Shown in pieces: positions 13,985 through 29,205 of a stretch of DNA of 64,000 nt. Both the position numbers and the translations under genes were made by a program. Below the pieces are notes generated by a model that did no database searches, was not told where the DNA came from, and saw only the letters and a list, made by a program, of their open reading frames with translations. The stretch covers positions 19,034,001 through 19,098,000 of the forward strand of contig OZ024752.1 of the NCBI GenBank assembly GCA_964016885.1. The letters run 5' to 3'. The DNA is from Eledone cirrhosa. Taxonomy: Eukaryota. How positions within the stretch are numbered: the stretch's first letter is position 1; the number at the start of each line of letters is the position of its first letter.

Positions 13985-14699
13985 GATATATATATATAAA
14001 CCATTTATAATTATAGATGTCATGTTTGAGAAAATCTCGAACATGCGTCTTATCTCTGATAGAATAAGCTCAAAGAAAAATTCAAGGAATAAATCCGAAC
14101 ATTTAATTATTACAAAATAGCGAATGACATACATACATATATCGAAGGATATAAACGTACAATGGAACGTATCAAACTTTAACTGGAGACAATCTGTATA
14201 GAATGTAAGAACACTTAGCTCCTTAACCCCATCACTTCTCAAACCAGTAAAATGGTTTCACATGATTTAATTGAGAGTAACATTTTAAAAAGCTGGATCA
14301 TGCAACAGCAAAATACATCTACTGGTATGATGTGTGTAATAAAACAGCACAGATAGAAGGATGAAAGAAAATAATAGGATAGTGGAGCTCAAGCTGAGCT
14401 GTTTGTCTTAAGTAGAAAGCTAATCATAGTTATGGTAAAGTTAAAAAAATTAAAAAAACATTGTTGTCTCTCATCTAAACGATCGGAATGCCATTAATCA
14501 TTTCACTGTATGAATTTATAAGGATAAGTGTCATTTTATTTCTTGTTATATACAAATTATGTTCAAATAGTATGTGTAACAACAGTTTGTACGAAAAGGG
14601 TCCGTAAAGATGGGTGTATATTTGTTATTTATATTTGTGTGGCACCGGTTCTCACTTCCCACCCGCCCGCCCCACCTCCACCACATTCGATATACATGT

Positions 14700-16085
14700 C
14701 TGACGCTGTATGCTAACCACTCCCTCGTAAATATATCATAGAACAGACAAGGGGCGGACGGAGGCTGCGTAAGCCGCAATGTAGGCAACTCGTCTAGGAG
14801 AGCTACCCCTCCGAATAAATTGGTGCGGGGTAGAGAAGTCCAGTAAGACAACTTCCCTAGTGCTGGTGGAACGAATAAAAACACCCAGTCCATGCTGTAA
14901 AATGGAGGGGTGGTTAGGGCCCCTGAGTCTAGTAAGACAACCTCTCTAGTGTTGGTGGCACAAATAAAAGCACCTAGTCCATGCTGTAAAATGGAAGGGT
15001 AAAGAGGGCCCCTGAGTCCAGTAAGACAACCTCTCTAGTGCTGGTGGCACGAATAACAGCACCCAGTCCATGCTGTAAAGTGGTGCTGGTGTTAGGAAGG
15101 GCATCCAACCAGTATAATAAATGCCAAAATTATGAGCACAACAAATATGAATTGCAACAACTGCGTCAACAGCAATAACACTAACCATGTTAAGGCTGCG
15201 CACGGGAGTGGGGTGGCTAGTGTGGCCATGTGTGAGAACCCCACGACCGTCATCAAGCAATCGCACAACAGGAACAAGAATATGAAGACGTCGCATCTCA
15301 GAGTTTCCACACTTAATGTTGGCACTCTAACAGGTAGATCTGGTGAGATAGCGGAGATGCTGGAGAGAAAGCATGTGGATGTGTGCAAGAGGTGCGATGG
15401 AGAGGTGCCTCTGCAAGACTAATCGCAGGCAAACATCGTAGTTATAAGCTTTTCTGGGTGGGTAATGATGATGGGGTAGGCATATTACTGGCTGAGAGAT
15501 GGATCAATAAGACCATAGAGGTAGTTAGAGTTAGTAATAGAATAATTACGCTTAGATTAGTTGTAGGCAATAGACTGCTGACAATCATCTCTGCCTATGC
15601 TCCCCAGGCAGGCCTAGGTAAAGAAGAGAAAGACGGCTTTTACAGACAGCCTCAATGACAGAGGACAGAGACATCGTTATGCTAGCAGGGGACTTCAATG
15701 GACATGTTGGACAGCTGCAGGATGGATTCACTGGGGTACATGGTGGGCATGGTTACGGCTCAAGAAATGAAGGAGTGAGGCTTCTTGAATTTTGTGATGC
15801 AAATGCACTAACCATTTGCAACACTAACTTCCAGAAGCCTACCAACCACCTAATAACCTACAAATCGGGTGAGCACATAAGCCAAATTGACTTCCTGCTA
15901 GTTAGACAGCAAGACAGACGGATAGTGTCAAATACTAAGGCTTACCCTGGGGAAGAATGTACCCCACAGCATAGGTTAGTCGTTAGTTACATCTCAGTAA
16001 GCAATAGAAAGAATGAGACATACAGGAAGGTGTGGAAAAGAAAAGTCTGGAATCTAAAAGACCTTTCATTAAAATACAAATTTGC
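14700..16085 (+). mobile_element. RTE-clade LINE, 5' portion: ~89-bp tandem repeats and a frameshifted APE endonuclease domain, truncated by the 40-bp satellite
   Basis: ORF pieces carry APE motifs LRVSTLNVGTLTG, QEVRW, SAYAPQ, GDFNGHVG, IDFLL and QHRLV, spread over three frames (15132-16101). Confidence 0.88.
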
Positions 16086-19000
16086 CATAGACCGAGACTA
16101 GACAGGTTAAGGACCTGTGTCTTGCCACAGACCGAGACTAGACAGGTTAAGGACCTGTGTCTTGCCACAGACCGAGACTAGACAAGTTAAGGACCTGTGT
16201 CTTGCCACAGACCGAGACTAGACAGGTTAAGGACCTGTGTCTTGCCACAGACCGAGACTAGACAAGTTAAGGACCTGTGTCTTGCCACAGACCGAGACTA
16301 GACAGGTTAAGGACCTGTGTCTTGCCACAGACCGAGACTAGACAGGTTAAGGACCTGTGTCTTGCCACAGACCGAGACTAGACAGGTTAAGGACCTGTGT
16401 CTTGCCACAGACCGAGACTAGACAGGTTAAGGGGCTGTGTCTTGCCACAGACCGAGACTAGACAGGTTAAGGACCTGTGTCTTGCCACAGACCGAGACTA
16501 GACAGGTTAAGGGACTGTGTCTTGCCACAGACCGAAACTAGACAGGTTAAGGGGCTGTGTCTTGCCACAGACCGAGACTAGACAGGTTAAGGGGCTGTGT
16601 CTTGCCACAGACCGAGACTAGACAGGTTAAGGACCTGTGTCTTGCCACAGACCGAAACTAGACAAGTTAAGGACCTGTATCTTGCCACAGACCGAGACTA
16701 GACAGGTTAAGGACCTGTGTCTTGCCACAGACCGAAACTAGACAAGTTAAGGACCTGTGTCTTGCCACAGACCGAGACTAGACAGGTTAAGGGACTGTGT
16801 CTTGCCACAGACCGAGACTAGACAGGTTAAGGGAGTGTGTCTTGCTACAGACCGAGACTAGACAGGTTAAGGGGCTGTGTCTTGCTACAGACCGAGACTA
16901 GACAGGTTAAGGGACTGTGTCTTACCACAGACCGAGACTAGACAGGTTAAGGACCTGTGTCTTGCCACAGACCGAAACTAGACAAGTTAAGGACCTGTGT
17001 CTTGCCACAGACCGAGACTAGACAGGTTAAGGACCTGTGTCTTGCCACAGACCGAGACTAGACAAGTTAAGGACCTGTGTCTTGCCACAGACCGAGACTA
17101 GACAGGTTAAGGACCTGTGTCTTGCCACAGACCGAGACTAGACAGGTTAAGGACCTGTGTCTTGCCACAGACCGAGACTAGACAGGTTAAGGGGCTGTGT
17201 CTTGCCACAGACCGAGACTAGACAGGTTAAGGACCTGTGTCTTGCCACAGACCGAGACTAGACAGGTTAAGGGACTGTGTCTTGCCACAGACCGAAACTA
17301 GACAGGTTAAGGGGCTGTGTCTTGCCACAGACCGAGACTAGACAGGTTAAGGGGCTGTGTCTTGCCACAGACCGAGACTAGACAGGTTAAGGACCTGTGT
17401 CTTGCCACAGACCGAAACTAGACAAGTTAAGGACCTGTGTCTTGCCACAGACCGAGACTAGACAGGTTAAGGGACTGTGTCTTGCCACAGACCGAGACTA
17501 GACAGGTTAAGGGACTGTGTCTTGCTACAGACCGAGACTAGACAGGTTAAGGGGCTGTGTCTTGCTACAAACCGAGACTAGACAGGTTAAGGGACTGTGT
17601 CTTACCACAGACCGAGACTAGACAGGTTAAGGACCTGTGTCTTGCCACAGACCGAAACTAGACAAGTTAAGGACCTGTGTCTTGCCACAGACCGAGACCA
17701 GACAGGTTAAGGACCTGTGTCTTGCCACAGACCGAGACTAGACAAGTTAAGGACCTGTGTCTTGCCACAGACCGAAACTAGACAAGTTAAGGGACCGTGT
17801 CTTGCCACAGACCGAAACTAGACAGGTTAAGGACCTGTGTCTTGCCACAGACCGAGACCAGACAGGTTAAGGACCTGTGTCTTGCCACAGACTGAGACTA
17901 GACAAGTTAAGGACCTGTGTCTTGCCACAGACCGAAACTAGACAAGTTAAGGGACCGTGTCTTGCCACAGACCGAAACTAGACAGGTTAAGGACCTGTGT
18001 CTTGCCACAGACCGAAACTAGACAAGTTAAGGACCTGTGTCTTGCCACAGACCGAAACTAGACAAGTTAAGGGACCGTGTCTTGCCACAGACCGAGACTA
18101 GACAGGTTAACGACCTGTGTCTTGCCACAGACCGAGACTAGACAAGTTAAGGACCTGTGTCTTGCCACAGACCGAAACTAGACAAGTTAAGGGACCGTGT
18201 CTTGCCACAGACCGAAACTAGACAGGTTAAGGACCTGTGTCTTGCCACAGACCGAAACTAGACAGGTTAAGGACCTGTGTCTTGCCACAGACCGAGACTA
18301 GACAAGTTAAGGACCTGTGTCTTGCCACAGACCGAAACTAGACAAGTTAAGGGACCGTGTCTTGCCACAGACCGAAACTAGACAAGTTAAGGACCTGTGT
18401 CTTGCCACAGACCGAGACTAGACAGGTTAAGGGACTGTGTCTTGCCACAGACCGAGACTAGACAGGTTAAGGGAGTGTGTCTTGCTACAGACCGAGACTA
18501 GACAGGTTAAGGGGCTGTGTCTTGCTACAGACCGAGACTAGACAGGTTAAGGGACTGTGTCTTACCACAGACCGAGACTAGACAGGTTAAGGACCTGTGT
18601 CTTGCCACAGACCGAAACTAGACAAGTTAAGGACCTGTGTCTTGCCACAGACCGAGACTAGACAGGTTAAGGACCTGTGTCTTGCCACAGACCGAGACTA
18701 GACAAGTTAAGGACCTGTGTCTTGCCACAGACCGAGACTAGACAGGTTAAGGACCTGTGTCTTGCCACAGACCGAGACTAGACAGGTTAAGGACCTGTGT
18801 CTTGCCACAGACCGAGACTAGACAGGTTAAGGGGCTGTGTCTTGCCACAGACCGAGACTAGACAGGTTAAGGACCTGTGTCTTGCCACAGACCGAGACTA
18901 GACAGGTTAAGGGACTGTGTCTTGCCACAGACCGAAACTAGACAGGTTAAGGGGCTGTGTCTTGCCACAGACCGAGACTAGACAGGTTAAGGGGCTGTGT

Positions 19001-22000
19001 CTTGCCACAGACCGAGACTAGACAGGTTAAGGACCTGTGTCTTGCCACAGACCGAAACTAGACAAGTTAAGGACCTGTGTCTTGCCACAGACCGAGACTA
19101 GACAGGTTAAGGGACTGTGTCTTGCCACAGACCGAGACTAGACAGGTTAAGGGACTGTGTCTTGCTACAGACCGAGACTAGACAGGTTAAGGGGCTGTGT
19201 CTTGCTACAAACCGAGACTAGACAGGTTAAGGGACTGTGTCTTACCACAGACCGAGACTAGACAGGTTAAGGACCTGTGTCTTGCCACAGACCGAAACTA
19301 GACAAGTTAAGGACCTGTGTCTTGCCACAGACCGAGACCAGACAGGTTAAGGACCTGTGTCTTGCCACAGACCGAGACTAGACAAGTTAAGGACCTGTGT
19401 CTTGCCACAGACCGAAACTAGACAAGTTAAGGGACCGTGTCTTGCCACAGACCGAAACTAGACAGGTTAAGGACCTGTGTCTTGCCACAGACCGAGACCA
19501 GACAGGTTAAGGACCTGTGTCTTGCCACAGACTGAGACTAGACAAGTTAAGGACCTGTGTCTTGCCACAGACCGAAACTAGACAAGTTAAGGGACCGTGT
19601 CTTGCCACAGACCGAAACTAGACAGGTTAAGGACCTGTGTCTTGCCACAGACCGAAACTAGACAAGTTAAGGACCTGTGTCTTGCCACAGACCGAAACTA
19701 GACAAGTTAAGGGACCGTGTCTTGCCACAGACCGAGACTAGACAGGTTAACGACCTGTGTCTTGCCACAGACCGAGACTAGACAAGTTAAGGACCTGTGT
19801 CTTGCCACAGACCGAAACTAGACAAGTTAAGGGACCGTGTCTTGCCACAGACCGAAACTAGACAGGTTAAGGACCTGTGTCTTGCCACAGACCGAAACTA
19901 GACAGGTTAAGGACCTGTGTCTTGCCACAGACCGAGACTAGACAAGTTAAGGACCTGTGTCTTGCCACAGACCGAAACTAGACAAGTTAAGGGACCGTGT
20001 CTTGCCACAGACCGAAACTAGACAGGTTAAGGACCTGTGTCTTGCCACAGACCGAGACCAGACAGGTTAAGGACCTGTGTCTTGCCACAGACCGAGACCA
20101 GACAGGTTAAGGACCTGTGTCTTGCCACAGTCCGAGACTAGACAGGTTAAGGACCTGTGTCTTGCCACAGACCGAGACTAGACAAGTTAAGGACCTGTGT
20201 CTTGCCACAGACCGAAACTAGACAAGTTAAGGGACCGTGTCTTGCCACAGACCGAGACTAGACAGGTTAAGGGGCTGTGTCTTGCCACAGTCCGAGACTA
20301 GACAGGTTAAGGGGCTGTGTCTTGCCACAGTCCGAGACTAGACAGGTTAAGGACCTGTGTCTTGCCACAGACCGAGACTAGACAGGTTAAGGACCTGTGT
20401 CTTGCCACAGACCGAGACTAGACAGGTTAAGGACCTGTGTCTTGCCACAGACCGAGACTAGACAGGTTAAGGACCTGTGTCTTGCCACAGACCGAAACTA
20501 GACAAGTTAAGGACCTGTGTCTTGCCACAGACCGAGACTAGACAGGTTAAGGGACTGTGTCTTGCTACAGACGGAGACTAGACAGGTTAAGGACCTGTGT
20601 CTTGCCACAGACTGAGACTAGACAGGTTAAGGACCTGTGTCTTTCCACAGACCGAGACTAGACAGGTTAAGGACCTGTGTCTTGCCATAAACCGAGACTA
20701 GACAGGTTAAGGGGATGTGTCTTGACACAGACCGAGACTAGACAGGTTAAGGACCTGTGTCTTGCCACAGACCGAGACTAGACAGGTTAAGGGGCTGTGT
20801 CTTGCCACAGACCGAGACTAGACAGGTTAAGGACCTGTGTCTTGCCACAGACCGAGACTAGACAGGTTAAGGGACTGTGTCTTGCCACAGACCGAGACTA
20901 GACAGGTTAAGGACCTGTGTCTTGCCACAGACCGAGACTAGACAGGTTAAGGACTTGTGTCTTGCCACAGACCGAGACTAGACAGGTTAAGGACTTGTGT
21001 CTTGCCACATACCGAGACTAGACAGGTTAAGGACCTGTGTCTTGCCACAGACCGAGACTAGACAGGTTAAGGACCTGTGTCTTGCCACAGACCGAGACTA
21101 GACAGGTTAAGGGGCTGTGTCTTGCCACAGACCGAGACTAGACAGGTTAAGGACCTGTGTCTTGCCACAGACCGAGACTAGACAGGTTAAGGGACTGTGT
21201 CTTGCCACAGACCGAGACTAGACAGGTTAAGGACCTGTGTCTTGCCACAGACCGAGACTAGACAGGTTAAGGACTTGTGTCTTGCCACAGACCGAGACTA
21301 GACAGGTTAAGGACCTGTGTCTTGCCACAGACCGAGACTAGACAGGTTAAGGGGCTGTGTCTTGCCACAGACCGAGACTAGACAGGTTAAGGACCTGTGT
21401 CTTGCCACAGACCGAGACTAGACAGGTTAAGGGGCTGTGTCTTGCCACAGACCGAGACTACACAAGTTAAGGACCTGTGTCTTGCCACAGACCGAGACTA
21501 GACAGGTTAAGGGGCTGTGTCTTGCCACAGACCGAGACTAGACAGGTTAAGGACCTGTGTCTTGCCACAGACCGAGACTAGACAAGTTAAGGACCTGTGT
21601 CTTGCCACAGACCGAGACTAGACAAGTTAAGGACCTGTGTCTTGCCACAGACCGAGACTAGACAGGTTAAGGGACTGTGTCTTGCCACAGACCGAGACTA
21701 GACAGGTTAAGGACCTGTGTCTTGCCACAGACCGAAACTAGACAGGTTAAGGGACTGTGTCTTGCCACAAACCGAGACTAGACAGGTTAAGGACCTGTGT
21801 CTTGCCACAGACCGAGACTAGACAGGTTAAGGGGCTGTGTCTTGCCACAGACCGAAACTAGACAAGTTAAGGGACTGTGTCTTGCCACAGACCGAGACTA
21901 GACAGGTTAAGGGGCTGTGTCTTGCCACAGACCGAGACTAGACAGGTTAAGGAGCTGTTTCTTGCCACAGACCGAGACTAGACAGGTTAAGGACCTGTGT

Positions 22001-25000
22001 CTTGCCACAGACCGAGACTAGACAGGTTAAGGGACTGTGTCTTGCCACAGACCGAGACTAGACAGGTTAAGGACCTGTGTCTTGCCACAGACCGAGACTA
22101 GACAGGTTAAGGACTTGTGTCTTGCCACAGACCGAGACTAGACAGGTTAAGGACCTGTGTCTTGCCACAGACCGAGACTAGACAGGTTAAGGGGCTGTGT
22201 CTTGCCACAGACCGAGACTAGACAGGTTAAGGACCTGTGTCTTGCCACAGACCGAGACTAGACAGGTTAAGGGGCTGTGTCTTGCCACAGACCGAGACTA
22301 CACAAGTTAAGGACCTGTGTCTTGCCACAGACCGAGACTAGACAGGTTAAGGGGCTGTGTCTTGCCACAGACCGAGACTAGACAGGTTAAGGACCTGTGT
22401 CTTGCCACAGACCGAGACTAGACAAGTTAAGGACCTGTGTCTTGCCACAGACCGAGACTAGACAAGTTAAGGACCTGTGTCTTGCCACAGACCGAGACTA
22501 GACAGGTTAAGGGACTGTGTCTTGCCACAGACCGAGACTAGACAGGTTAAGGACCTGTGTCTTGCCACAGACCGAAACTAGACAGGTTAAGGGACTGTGT
22601 CTTGCCACAAACCGAGACTAGACAGGTTAAGGACCTGTGTCTTGCCACAGACCGAGACTAGACAGGTTAAGGGGCTGTGTCTTGCCACAGACCGAAACTA
22701 GACAAGTTAAGGGACTGTGTCTTGCCACAGACCGAGACTAGACAGGTTAAGGGGCTGTGTCTTGCCACAGACCGAGACTAGACAGGTTAAGGAGCTGTTT
22801 CTTGCCACAGACCGAGACTAGACAGGTTAAGGACCTGTGTCTTGCCACAGACCGAGACTAGACAGGTTAAGGGGCTGTGTCTTGTCATATACCGAGACTA
22901 GACAGGTTAAGGACCTGTGTCTTGCCACAGACCGAGACTAGACAGGTTAAGGACCTGTGTCTTGCCACAGACCGAGACTAGACAGGTTAAGGACCTGTGT
23001 CTTGCCACAGACCGAGACTAGACAAGTTAAGGACCTGTGTCTTGCCACAGACCGAGACTAGACAGGTTAAGGACCTGTGTCTTGCCACAGACCGAGACTA
23101 GACAGGTTAAGGGGCTGTGTCTTGTCATATACCGAGACTAGACAGGTTAAGGACCTGTGTCTTGCCACAGACCGAGACTAGACAGGTTAAGGGGCTGTGT
23201 CTTGTCATATACCGAGACTAGACAAGTTAAGGACCTGTGTCTTGCCACAGACCGAGACTAGACAGGTTAAGGACCTGTGTCTTGCCACAGACCGAGACTA
23301 GACAGGTTAAGGGGCTGTGTCTTGTCATATACCGAGACTAGACAGGTTAAGGACCTGTGTCTTGCCACAGACCGAGACTAGACAGGTTAAGGACCTGTGT
23401 CTTGCCACAGACCGAGACTAGACAGGTTAAGGACCTGTGTCTTGCCACAGACCGAGACTAGACAAGTTAAGGACCTGTGTCTTGCCACAGACCGAGACTA
23501 GACAGGTTAAGGACCTGTGTCTTGCCACAGACCGAGACTAGACAGGTTAAGGGGCTGTGTCTTGTCATATACCGAGACTAGACAGGTTAAGGACCTGTGT
23601 CTTGCCACAGACCGAGACTAGACAGGTTAAGGACCTGTGTCTTGCCACAGACCGAGACTAGACAGGTTAAGGGGCTGTGTCTTGTCATATACCGAGACTA
23701 GACAGGTTAAGGACCTGTGTCTTGCCACAGACCGAGACTAGACAGGTTAAGGACCTGTGTCTTGCCACAGACCGAAACTAGACAGGTTAAGGGACTGTGT
23801 CTTGCCACAAACCGAGACTAGACAGGTTAAGGACCTGTGTCTTGCCACAGACCGAGACTAGACAGGTTAAGGGGCTGTGTCTTGCCACAGACCGAAACTA
23901 GACAAGTTAAGGGACTGTGTCTTGCCACAGACCGAGACTAGACAGGTTAAGGGGCTGTGTCTTGCCACAGACCGAGACTAGACAGGTTAAGGAGCTGTTT
24001 CTTGCCACAGACCGAGACTAGACAGGTTAAGGACCTGTGTCTTGCCACAGACCGAGACTAGACAGGTTAAGGGACTGTGTCTTGCCACAGACCGAGACTA
24101 GACAGGTTAAGGACCTGTGTCTTGCCACAGACCGAGACTAGACAGGTTAAGGACTTGTGTCTTGCCACAGACCGAGACTAGACAGGTTAAGGACCTGTGT
24201 CTTGCCACAGACCGAGACTAGACAGGTTAAGGGGCTGTGTCTTGCCACAGACCGAGACTAGACAGGTTAAGGACCTGTGTCTTGCCACAGACCGAGACTA
24301 GACAGGTTAAGGGGCTGTGTCTTGCCACAGACCGAGACTACACAAGTTAAGGACCTGTGTCTTGCCACAGACCGAGACTAGACAGGTTAAGGGGCTGTGT
24401 CTTGCCACAGACCGAGACTAGACAGGTTAAGGACCTGTGTCTTGCCACAGACCGAGACTAGACAAGTTAAGGACCTGTGTCTTGCCACAGACCGAGACTA
24501 GACAAGTTAAGGACCTGTGTCTTGCCACAGACCGAGACTAGACAGGTTAAGGGACTGTGTCTTGCCACAGACCGAGACTAGACAGGTTAAGGACCTGTGT
24601 CTTGCCACAGACCGAAACTAGACAGGTTAAGGGACTGTGTCTTGCCACAAACCGAGACTAGACAGGTTAAGGACCTGTGTCTTGCCACAGACCGAGACTA
24701 GACAGGTTAAGGGGCTGTGTCTTGCCACAGACCGAAACTAGACAAGTTAAGGGACTGTGTCTTGCCACAGACCGAGACTAGACAGGTTAAGGGGCTGTGT
24801 CTTGCCACAGACCGAGACTAGACAGGTTAAGGAGCTGTTTCTTGCCACAGACCGAGACTAGACAGGTTAAGGACCTGTGTCTTGCCACAGACCGAGACTA
24901 GACAGGTTAAGGGGCTGTGTCTTGTCATATACCGAGACTAGACAGGTTAAGGACCTGTGTCTTGCCACAGACCGAGACTAGACAGGTTAAGGACCTGTGT

Positions 25001-28000
25001 CTTGCCACAGACCGAGACTAGACAGGTTAAGGACCTGTGTCTTGCCACAGACCGAGACTAGACAAGTTAAGGACCTGTGTCTTGCCACAGACCGAGACTA
25101 GACAGGTTAAGGACCTGTGTCTTGCCACAGACCGAGACTAGACAGGTTAAGGGGCTGTGTCTTGTCATATACCGAGACTAGACAGGTTAAGGACCTGTGT
25201 CTTGCCACAGACCGAGACTAGACAGGTTAAGGGGCTGTGTCTTGTCATATACCGAGACTAGACAAGTTAAGGACCTGTGTCTTGCCACAGACCGAGACTA
25301 GACAGGTTAAGGACCTGTGTCTTGCCACAGACCGAGACTAGACAGGTTAAGGGGCTGTGTCTTGTCATATACCGAGACTAGACAGGTTAAGGACCTGTGT
25401 CTTGCCACAGACCGAGACTAGACAGGTTAAGGACCTGTGTCTTGCCACAGACCGAGACTAGACAGGTTAAGGACCTGTGTCTTGCCACAGACCGAGACTA
25501 GACAAGTTAAGGACCTGTGTCTTGCCACAGACCGAGACTAGACAGGTTAAGGACCTGTGTCTTGCCACAGACCGAGACTAGACAGGTTAAGGGGCTGTGT
25601 CTTGTCATATACCGAGACTAGACAGGTTAAGGACCTGTGTCTTGCCACAGACCGAGACTAGACAGGTTAAGGACCTGTGTCTTGCCACAGACCGAGACTA
25701 GACAGGTTAAGGGGCTGTGTCTTGTCATATACCGAGACTAGACAGGTTAAGGACCTGTGTCTTGCCACAGACCGAGACTAGACAAGTTAAGGACCTGTGT
25801 CTTGCCACAGACCGAGACTAGACAAGTTAAGGACCTGTGTCTTGCCACAGACCGAGACTAGACAGGTTAAGGACCTGTGTCTTGCCACAGACCGAGACTA
25901 GACAGGTTAAGGACCTGTGTCTTGCCACAGACCGAAACTAGACAAGTTAAGGGACTGTGTCTTGCCACAGACCGAGACTAGACAGGTTAAGGACCTGTGT
26001 CTTGCCACAGACCGAGACTAGACAGGTTAAGGACCTGTGTCTTGCCACAGACCGAGACTAGACAGGTTAAGGGGCTGTGTCTTGTCATATACCGAGACTA
26101 GACAGGTTAAGGGGCTGTGTCTTGCCACAGACCGAGACTAGACAGGTTAAGGACCTGTGTCTTGCCACAGACCGAGACTAGACAGGTTAAGGACCTGTGT
26201 CTTGCCACAGACCGAGACTAGACAGGTTAAGGGGCTGTGTCTTGTCATATACCGAGACTAGACAGGTTAAGGGGCTGTGTCTTGCCACAGACCGAGACTA
26301 GACAGGTTAAGGACCTGTGTCTTGCCACAGACCGAGACTAGACAGGTTAAGGACCTGTGTCTTGCCACAGACCGAAACTAGACAAGTTAAGGGACTGTGT
26401 CTTGCCACAGACCGAGACTAGACAGGTTAAGGACCTGTGTCTTGCCACAGACCGAGACTAGACAGGTTAAGGACCTGTGTCTTGCCACAGACCGAGACTA
26501 GACAGGTTAAGGGGCTGTGTCTTGTCATATACCGAGACTAGACAGGTTAAGGGGCTGTGTCTTGCCACAGACCGAGACTAGACAGGTTAAGGACCTGTGT
26601 CTTGCCACAGACCGAGACTAGACAGGTTAAGGACCTGTGTCTTGCCACAGAACGAGACTAGACAGGTTAAGGACCTGTGTCTTGCCACACACCGAGACTA
26701 GACAGGTTAAGGGGCTGTGTCTTGCCACAGACCGAGACTATACAGGTTAAGGACCTGTGTCTTGCCACAGAACGAGACTAGACAGGTTAAGGACCTGTGT
26801 CTTGCCACAGACCGAGACTAGACAGGTTAAGGGGCTGTGTCTTGTCATATACCGAGACTAGACAGGTTAAGGGGCTGTGTCTTGCCACAGACCGAGACTA
26901 GACAGGTTAAGGACCTGTGTCTTGCCACAGACCGAGACTAGACAGGTTAAGGACCTGTGTCTTGCCACAGACCGAAACTAGACAAGTTAAGGACCTGTGT
27001 CTTGCCACAGACCGAAACTAGACAGGTTAAGGGACTGTGTCTTGCCACAGACCGAAACTAGACAGGTTAAGGGGCTGTGTCTTGCCACAGACCGAGACTA
27101 GACAGGTTAAGGGACTGTGTCTTGCCACAGACCGAAACTAGGCAGGTTAAGGGGCTGTGTCTTGCCACAGACCGAGACTAGACAAGTTAAGGACCTGTGT
27201 CTTGCCACAGACCGAGACTAGACAGGTTAAGGACCTGTGTCTTGCCACAGACCGAGACTAGACAGGTTAAGGACCTGTGTCTTACCACAGACCGAGACTA
27301 GACAGGTTAAGGGACTGTGTCTTGCCACAGACCGAAACTAGACAGGTTAAGGGGCTGTGTCTTGCCACAGACCGAGACCAGACAGGTTAAGGACCTGTGT
27401 CTTGCCACAGACCGAGACTAGACAGGTTAAGGACCTGTGTCTTGCCACAGACCGAGACTAGACAGGTTAAGGACCTGTGTCTTGCCACAGACCGACACTA
27501 GACAAGTTAAGGGGCTGTGTCTTGCCACAGACCGAAACTAGACAGGTTAAGGACCTGTGTCTTGCCACAGACCGAAACTAGACAAGTTAAGGGGCTGTGT
27601 CTTGCCACAGACCGAAACTAGACAGGTTAAGGACCTGTGTCTTGCCACAGACCGAAAGTAGACAGGTTAAGGACCTGTGTCTTGCCACAGACCGAGACTA
27701 GACAGGTTAAGGACCTGTGTCTTGCCACAGACCGAGACTAGACAGGTTAAGGACCTGTGTCTTGCCACAGACCGAAAGTAGACAGGTTAAGGACCTGTGT
27801 CTTGCCACAGACCGAGACTAGACAGGTTAAGGACCTGTGTCTTGCCACAGACCGAGACTAGACAGGTTAAGGACCTGTGTCTTGCCACAGACCGAGACTA
27901 GACAGGTTAAGGACCTGTGTCTTGCCACAGACCGAGACTAGACAGGTTAAGGACCTGTGTCTTGCCACAGACCGAGACTAGACAGGTTAAGGACCTGTGT

Positions 28001-29205
28001 CTTGCCACAGACCGAGACTAGACAAGTTAAGGGGCTGTGTCTTGCCACAGACCGAAACTAGACAGGTTAAGGACCTGTGTCTTGCCACAGACCAAAACTA
28101 GACAAGTTAAGGGGCTGTGTCTTGCCACAGACCGAAACTAGACAGGTTAAGGACCTGTGTCTTGCCACAGACCGAAAGTAGACAGGTTAAGGACCTGTGT
28201 CTTGCCACAGACCGAGACTAGACAGGTTAAGGACCTGTGTCTTGCCACAGACCGAGACTAGACAGGTTAAGGACCTGTGTCTTGCCACAGACCGAGACTA
28301 GACAAGTTAAGGACCTGTGTCTTGCCACAGACCGAAACTAGACAAGTTAAGGGGATGTGTCTTGCCACAGACCGAAAGTAGACAGGTTAAGGACCTGTGT
28401 CTTGCCACAGACCGAGACTAGACAGGTTAAGGACCTGTGTCTTGCCACAGACCGAGACTAGACAGGTTAAGGGACTGTGTCTTTCCACAGACCAAAACTA
28501 GACAGGTTAAGGGGCTGTGTCTTGCCACAGACCGAAACTAGACAGGTTAAGGACCTGTGTCTTGCCACAGACTGAGACTAGACAGGTTAAGTACCTGTGT
28601 CTTGCCACAGACCGAAACTAGACAGGTTAAGGGACTGTCTTGCCACAGACCGAAACTAGACAGGTTAAGGGGCTGTGTCTTGCCACAGACCGAGACTAGA
28701 CAGGTTAAGGACCTGTGTCTTGCCACAGACCGAAACTAGACAGATTAAGGGGCTGTGTCTTGTCACATACCGAGACTAGACATGTTAAGGGACTGTGTCT
28801 TGCCACATACTGAGACTAGACAGGTTAAGGACCTGTGTCTTGTCACATACTGAGATTAGACAGGTTAAGGGACTGTGTCTTGCTACAGACCATGACTAGA
28901 CAGGTGAAAGGACTGTGTCTTGCTACAGACCGTAACTAGACAGGTGAAGGGACTGTGTCTTGCCACAGACGGAAAGTAGACAGGTTAAGGACCTGTGTCT
29001 TGCCACAGACCGAAAGAAACAGGTTAAGGAGCTGTGTCTTGCCACATACTGAGACTAGACAGGTTAAGGACCTGTGTCTTGCCACAGACCGAGACTAGAC
29101 AGGTTAAGGGACTGTGTCTTGCTACAGACCGTGACTAGACAGGTGAAGGGACTGTGTCTTGCCACAGACGGAAAGTAGACAGGTTAAGGGACTATGTCTT
29201 GCCCA
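16082..29205. repeat. Tandem satellite, 40-bp unit (~328 copies) with higher-order repeats, inside the host intron
   Basis: Unit CTTGCCACAGACCGAGACTAGACAGGTTAAGGACCTGTGT. Diagnostic variants recur at 1640, 840 and 2040 bp spacing. Confidence 0.98.

Noticed and set aside
16082-29205. CRISPR-like array (conserved 40-mers with small variable positions)
   Set aside because: There are no unique spacers and no cas genes, and the context is a eukaryotic intron. This is a plain tandem satellite.
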